In this document: one piece after another, positions 58,301 through 64,000 of the stretch | Numbering within the stretch: position 1 is the stretch's first letter | Layout of the letters: each line of letters opens with the position of its first letter | Source: Eledone cirrhosa | Lineage: Eukaryota | Length of the DNA stretch: 64,000 nt | NCBI GenBank assembly: GCA_964016885.1 | Contig: OZ024741.1 | Span: forward strand, 409,882,001 to 409,946,000 | Reading direction: 5' to 3' | Notes under the pieces: generated by a model | Told to the model about the DNA's origin: nothing | Seen by the model: only the letters and a program-made list of their open reading frames with translations | Database searches by the model: none | Position numbers and translations under genes: made by a program

Positions 58301-60799
58301 CTGGTTTACAATAGGTACACTGTATTCTTGTGTTATATCTGGTTTACAATAGGTACACTGTATCCCTGTGTATATCTGGTTTACAATAGGTATACTGTAT
58401 CCCTGTGTATATCTGGTTTACAATAGGTACACTGTATCCCTGTGTATATCTGGTTTACAATAGGTACACTGTATCCCTGTGTATATCTGGTTTACAATAG
58501 GTACACTATCCCTGTGTATATCTGGTTTACAATAGGTACGCTGTATCCCTGTGTATATCTGGTTTACAATAGGTACACTATCCCTGTGTATATCTGGTTA
58601 ACAATAGGTACACTGTATCCCTGTGTATATCTGGTTTACAATAGGTACACTATCCCTGTGTATATCTTGTTTACAATAGGTACACTGTATCACAGTGTAT
58701 ATCAGGTTTACAATAGGTATACTGTATCCCTGTGTATATCTGGTTTACAATAGGTACACTGTATCCCTGTGTATATCTGGTTTACAATAGGTACACTGTA
58801 TCCCTGTGTATATCTGGTTTACAATAGGTACACTGTATCCCTGTGTATATCTGGTTTACAATAGGTACACTGTATCCCTGTGTATATCAGGTTTACAAAA
58901 GGTACACGGAATCCCTGTGTATATCTGGTTTACAATACGTACACTGTATCCCTGTGTATATCTGGTTTACAATAGGTACAGTGTATCCCAGTGTATATCA
59001 GGTTTACAATAGGTATACTGTATCTCTGTGTATATCTGGTTTACAATAGGTACACTGTATCCCTGTTCATATCAGGTTTACAATAGGTACACTGTATCCC
59101 TGTGTATATCTGGTTTACAATAGGTACACTGTATCCCTGTGTATATCTGGTTTACAATAGGTACACTGTATCCCTGTGTATATCTGGTTTACAATAGGTA
59201 CACTGTATCCCTGTATGTATCTGGTTTACAATAGGTACATTGTATCCCTGTGTATATCTGGTTTACAATAGGTACACTGTATCCCTGTGTGTATCTGGTT
59301 TACAATAGGTACATTGTATCCCTGTGTACATCAGGTTTACAATAGGTACACTGAATCCCTGTGTATATCTGGTTTACAATAGGTACACTGTATCTCTGTG
59401 TATATCTGGTTTACAATAGGTACATTGTATCCCTGTGTATATCTGGTTTACAATAGGTACACTATCCCTGTGTATATCTGGTTTACAATAGGTACACTGT
59501 ATCCCTGTGTATATCAGGTTTACAATAGGTACACTGTATCTCAGTGTATATCTCGTTTACAATAGGTACACTGTATCCCTGTGTATATCTGGTTTACAAT
59601 AGGTACACTGTATCCCTGTGTATATCAGGTTTACAATAGGTACACTGTATCCCTGTGTATATCTGGTTTACAATAGGTACCCTGTATCCCAGTGTATATC
59701 TGGTCTACAATAGGTACACTGTATCACTGTGTATATCTAGTTTACAATAGGTACCCTGTATCCCAGTGTATTTCTGGTTTACAATAGGTACACTGTATCC
59801 TTGTGTATATCTGGTTTACAATAGGTACACTGTATCCCTGTGTATATCTGGTTTACAATAGGTACACTGTATCCTTGTGTTATATCTGGTTTACAATAGG
59901 TACACTGTATCCCTGTGTATATCTGGTTTACAATAGGTACACTGTATCCCTGTGTATATCTGATTTACAATAGGTACACTGTATCCCTGTGTATATCTGG
60001 TTTACAATAGGTACACTGTATCCCTGTGTATATCTGGTTTACAATAGGTACACTATCCCTGTGTATATCTGGTTTACAATAGGTACACTGTATCCCTGTG
60101 TATATCTAGTTTACAATAGGTACACTGTATCCCTGGGTATATCTGGTTTACAATAGGTACACTATCCCTGTGTATATCTGGTTTACAATAGGTACACTGT
60201 ATCCCTGTGTATATCTGGTTTACAATAGGTACACTGTATCCCTGTATATATCTGGTTTACAATAGGTACACTGTATCCCTGTGTATATCTGGTTTACAAT
60301 AGGTACACTGTATCCCTGTGTATATCTGGTTTACAATAGGTACACTATCCCTGTGTATATCTGGTTTACAATAGGTACACTGTATCCCTGTGTATATCTA
60401 GTTTACAATAGGTACACTGTATCCCTGGGTATATCTGGTTTATAATAGGTACACTGTATCCCTGTGTATATCTAGTTTACAATAGGTACATTGTATCCCT
60501 GTGTATATCTGGTTTACAATAGGTACACTATCCCTGTGTATATCTGGTTTACAATAGGTACACTGTATCCCTGTGTATATCTGGTTTACAATAGTACACT
60601 GTATCCTTGTGTTATATCTGGTTTACAATAGGTACACTGTATCCCTGTGTATATCTGGTTTACAATAGGTACACTGTATCCTTGTGTTATATCTGGTTTA
60701 CAATAGGTACACTGTATCCCTGTGTATATCTGGTTTACAATAGTACACTGTATCCTTGTGTTATATCTGGTTTACAATAGGTACACTGTCTCCCTGGGT

Positions 60800-62400
60800 A
60801 TATCTGGTTTACAATAGGTACACTGTATCCCTGTGTATATCTCGTTTACAATAGGTGCACTGTATACCTGTGTATATCTGGTTTACAATAGGTACGCTGT
60901 ATCCCTGTGTATATCTGGTTTACAATAGGTTCACTATCCCTGTGTATATCTGGTTTACAATAGGTACACTGTATCCCTGTGTATATCTGGTTTACAATAG
61001 CTACACTGTATCCTTGTGTTATATCTGGTTTACAATAGGTACACTGTATCCCTGTGTATATCTGGTTTACAATAGGTACACTGTATCCCTATGTATATCT
61101 AGTTTACAATAGGTACACTGTATCCCTGGGTATATCTGGTTTACAATAGGTACACTATCCCTGTGTATATCTGGTTTACAATAGGTACACTATCCCTGTG
61201 TATATCTGGTTTACAATAGGTACACTGTATCCCTATGTATATCTAGTTTACAATAGGTACACTGTATCCCTATGTATATCTAGTTTACAATAGGTACACT
61301 GTATCCCTGGGTATATCTGGTTTACAATAGGTACACTATCCCTGTGTATATCTGGTTTACAATAGGTACACTATCCCTGTGTATATCTGGTTTACAATAG
61401 GTACACTGTATCCCTGTGTATATCTGGTTTACAATAGGTACACTGTATCCCTGGGTATATCTGGTTTACAATAGGTACACTATCCCTGTGTATATCTGGT
61501 TTACAATAGGTACACTGTATCCCTGTGTATATCTGGTTTACAATAGGTACACTGTATCCCTGTGTATATCTGGTTTACAATAGGTACACTGTATCCCTGT
61601 GTATATCTAGTTTACAATAGGTACACTGTATCCCTGTGTATATCTGGTTTACAATAGGTACACTGTATCCCTGTGTATATCTGGTTTACAATATGTACAC
61701 TGTATCCCTGTGTATATCTAGTTTACAATAGGTACATTGTATCCCTGTGTATATCTGGTTTACAATAGGTACACTATCCCTGTGTATATCTGGTTTACAA
61801 TAGGTACACTGTATCCCTGTGTATATCTGGTTTACAATAGGTACACTGTATCCCTGTGTATATCTGGTTTACAATAGGTACACTGTATCCCTGTGTATAT
61901 CTAGTTTACAATAGGTACACTGTATCCCTGTGTATATCTGGTTTACAATAGGTACACTGTATCCCTGTGTATATCTCGTTTACAATAGGTGCACTGTATG
62001 CCTGTGTATATCTGGTTTACAATAGGTACGCTGTATCCCTGTGTATATCTGGTTTACAATAGGTACACTATCCCTGTGTATATCTGGTTTACAATAGGTA
62101 CAATGTATCCCTGTGTATATCTGGTTTACAATAGCTACACTGTATCCTTGTGTTATATCTGGTTTACAATAGGTACACTGTATCCCTGTGTATATCTGGT
62201 TTACAATAGTTACACTGTATCCCTGTGTATATCTAGTTTACAATAGGTACACTGTATCCCTGGGTATATCTGGTTTACAATAGGTACACTATCCCTGTGT
62301 ATATCTGGTTTACAATAGGTACACTATCCCTGTGTATATCTGGTTTACAATAGGTACACTGTATCCCTGTGTATATCTGGTTTACAATAGGTACACTGTA
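60800..62400. repeat. Local duplication, offset 1134 bp
   Basis: The variants ggtgcactg, ggtacgctg and tagctacac recur in order; ORF pair 60855/61989. Confidence 0.75.
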
Positions 62401-64000
62401 TCCCTGTGTATATCTCGTTTACAATAGGTACACTGTATCCCTGTGTATATCTGGTTTACAATAGGTACACTGTATCCCTGTGTATATCTAGTTTACAATA
62501 GGTACACTGTATCCCTGGGTATATCTGGTTTACAATAGGTACACTGTATCCCTGTGTATATCTGGTTTACAATAGCTACACTGTATCCTTGTGTTATATC
62601 TGGTTTACAATAGGTACACTGTATCCCTGTGTATATCTGGTTTACAATAGTACACTGTATCCTTGTGTTATATCTGGTTTACAATAGGTACACTGTCTCC
62701 CTGTGTATATCTGGTTTACAATTGGTACACTGTATCCCTGTGTATATCTGGTTTACAATAGGTACACTGTATCCCTGTGTATATCTGGTTTACAATAGGT
62801 ACACTGTATCCCTGTGTATACCTGGTTTACAATAGGTACACTGTATCCCTGTGTATATCTGATTTACAATAGGTACACTATCCCTGTGTATATCTGGTTT
62901 ACAATAGGTACACTGTATCCCTGTGTATATCTGGTTTACAATAGGTACACTTTCCCTGTGTATATCTGGTTTACAATAGGTACACTGTATCACAGTGTAT
63001 ATCAGGTTTACAATAGGTATACTGTATCCCTGTGTATATCTGGTTTACAATAGGTACACTGTATCCCTGTGTATATCTGGTTTACAATAGGTACACTGTA
63101 TCCCTGTGTATATCTGGTTTACAATAGGTACACTGTATCCCTGTGTATATCTGGTTTACAATAGGTACACTGTATCCCTGTGTATATCAGGTTTACAATA
63201 GGTACACTGAATTCCTTTTTATATCAGGTTTACAATAGGTACACTGTATCCCTGTGTATATCTGGTTTACAATAGGTACACTGTATCCCTGTGTATATCT
63301 GGTTTACAATAGGTACACTGTATCCCTGTGTATATCTGGTTTACAATAGGTACACTGTATCCTTGTGTTATATCTGGTTTACAATAGGTACACTGTATCC
63401 CTGTGTATATCTGGTTTACAATAGGTACACTGTATCCCTGTGTATATCTGGTTTACAATAGGTACACTGTATCCTTGTGTTATATCTGGTTTACAATAGG
63501 TACACTGTATCCCTGTGTATATCTGGTTTACAATAGGTATACTGTATCCCTGTGTATATCTGGTTTAAAATAGGTACACTGTATCCCTGTGTATATCTGG
63601 TTTACAATAGGTACACTGTATCCCTGTGTATATCTGGTTTACAATAGGTACACTATCCCTGTGTATATCTGGTTTACAATAGGTACACTGTATCCCTGTG
63701 TATATCTGGTTTACAATAGGTACACTATCCCTGTGTATATCTGGTTTACCATAGGTACACTGTATCCCTGTGTATATCTGGTTTACAATAGGTACACTAT
63801 CCCTGTGTATATCTGGTTTACAATAGGTACACTGTATCACAGTGTATATCAGGTTTACAATAGGTATACTGTATCCCTGTGTATATCTGGTTTACAATAG
63901 GTACACTGTATCCCTGTGTATATCTGGTTTACAATAGGTACACTGTATCCCTGTGTATATCTGGTTTACAATAGGTACACTGTATCCCTGTGTATATCTG

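Larger units (their letters stand above)
5001..64000. repeat. 37-bp tandem satellite array filling the downstream intron (at least 59 kb, about 1,600 monomers, truncated by the window end)
   Basis: Same consensus and orientation as 1-4550. The first monomers (5001-5060) are degenerate; after that the array is uninterrupted, with no unique insertion or inversion seen. Common variants: cactatccc (35-mer), ccttgtgttatatc (38-mer), tcaggttt, tctagttt. Confidence 0.98.

Noticed and set aside
3346-63900. The many MYIWFTIGTLYPCVYLVYNRYT-type ORFs and the minus-strand MIQCTYCKPDIHRD-type ORFs
   Set aside because: These are translations of the 37-bp repeat with GTG/TTG pseudo-starts. They stay open only where a SNP or indel skips the periodic stop. 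The CxxC-like motif is coincidental.
1-64000. CRISPR array (37-bp unit with partial dyad symmetry)
   Set aside because: Units are contiguous with no unique spacers, there are no cas genes or leader, and the only gene fragment is a spliceosomal exon.
5001-64000. Centromeric or telomeric array; nucleosome phasing (4 x 37 = 148, 5 x 37 = 185)
   Set aside because: No telomeric motif, no regular 4- or 5-monomer periodicity among the variants, and the array is intronic. The arithmetic alone is not evidence.
5001-64000. Variant pattern as an information-bearing code or programmed diversity cassette system
   Set aside because: The variant order is explained by point mutation plus segmental duplication. 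No recombinase, reverse transcriptase or sustained reading frame is present.

Overview
This is eukaryotic (animal) genomic DNA, not prokaryotic. About 99% of the window is one head-to-tail tandem repeat with a 37-bp consensus, TATCCCTGTGTATATCTGGTTTACAATAGGTACACTG (14/37 GC, no CpG, one GTAC per unit), with frequent 35- and 38-bp indel variants. The only unique sequence is an island of about 450 bp (4551-5000). It contains one clean 209-nt internal coding exon (4778-4986, + strand, tttctAG|...|GTAAGT) that I recognise from memory as part of the C-terminal half of a C2orf42 homologue. The window therefore shows two consecutive introns filled with the same satellite in the same orientation: at least 4.8 kb upstream and at least 59 kb downstream, both running off the window. 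Diagnostic monomer variants show nested duplications at offsets of 479, 1134, 1440, 1766, 1948, 4016, 4670/4929 and 23,996 bp. One ordered block of variants is shared between the two introns across the exon. All other ORFs in the track are repeat artefacts. No CRISPR array, RNA gene or intact mobile element is visible, and I see no multi-gene novel system. Offsets were read by eye and boundaries are approximate.
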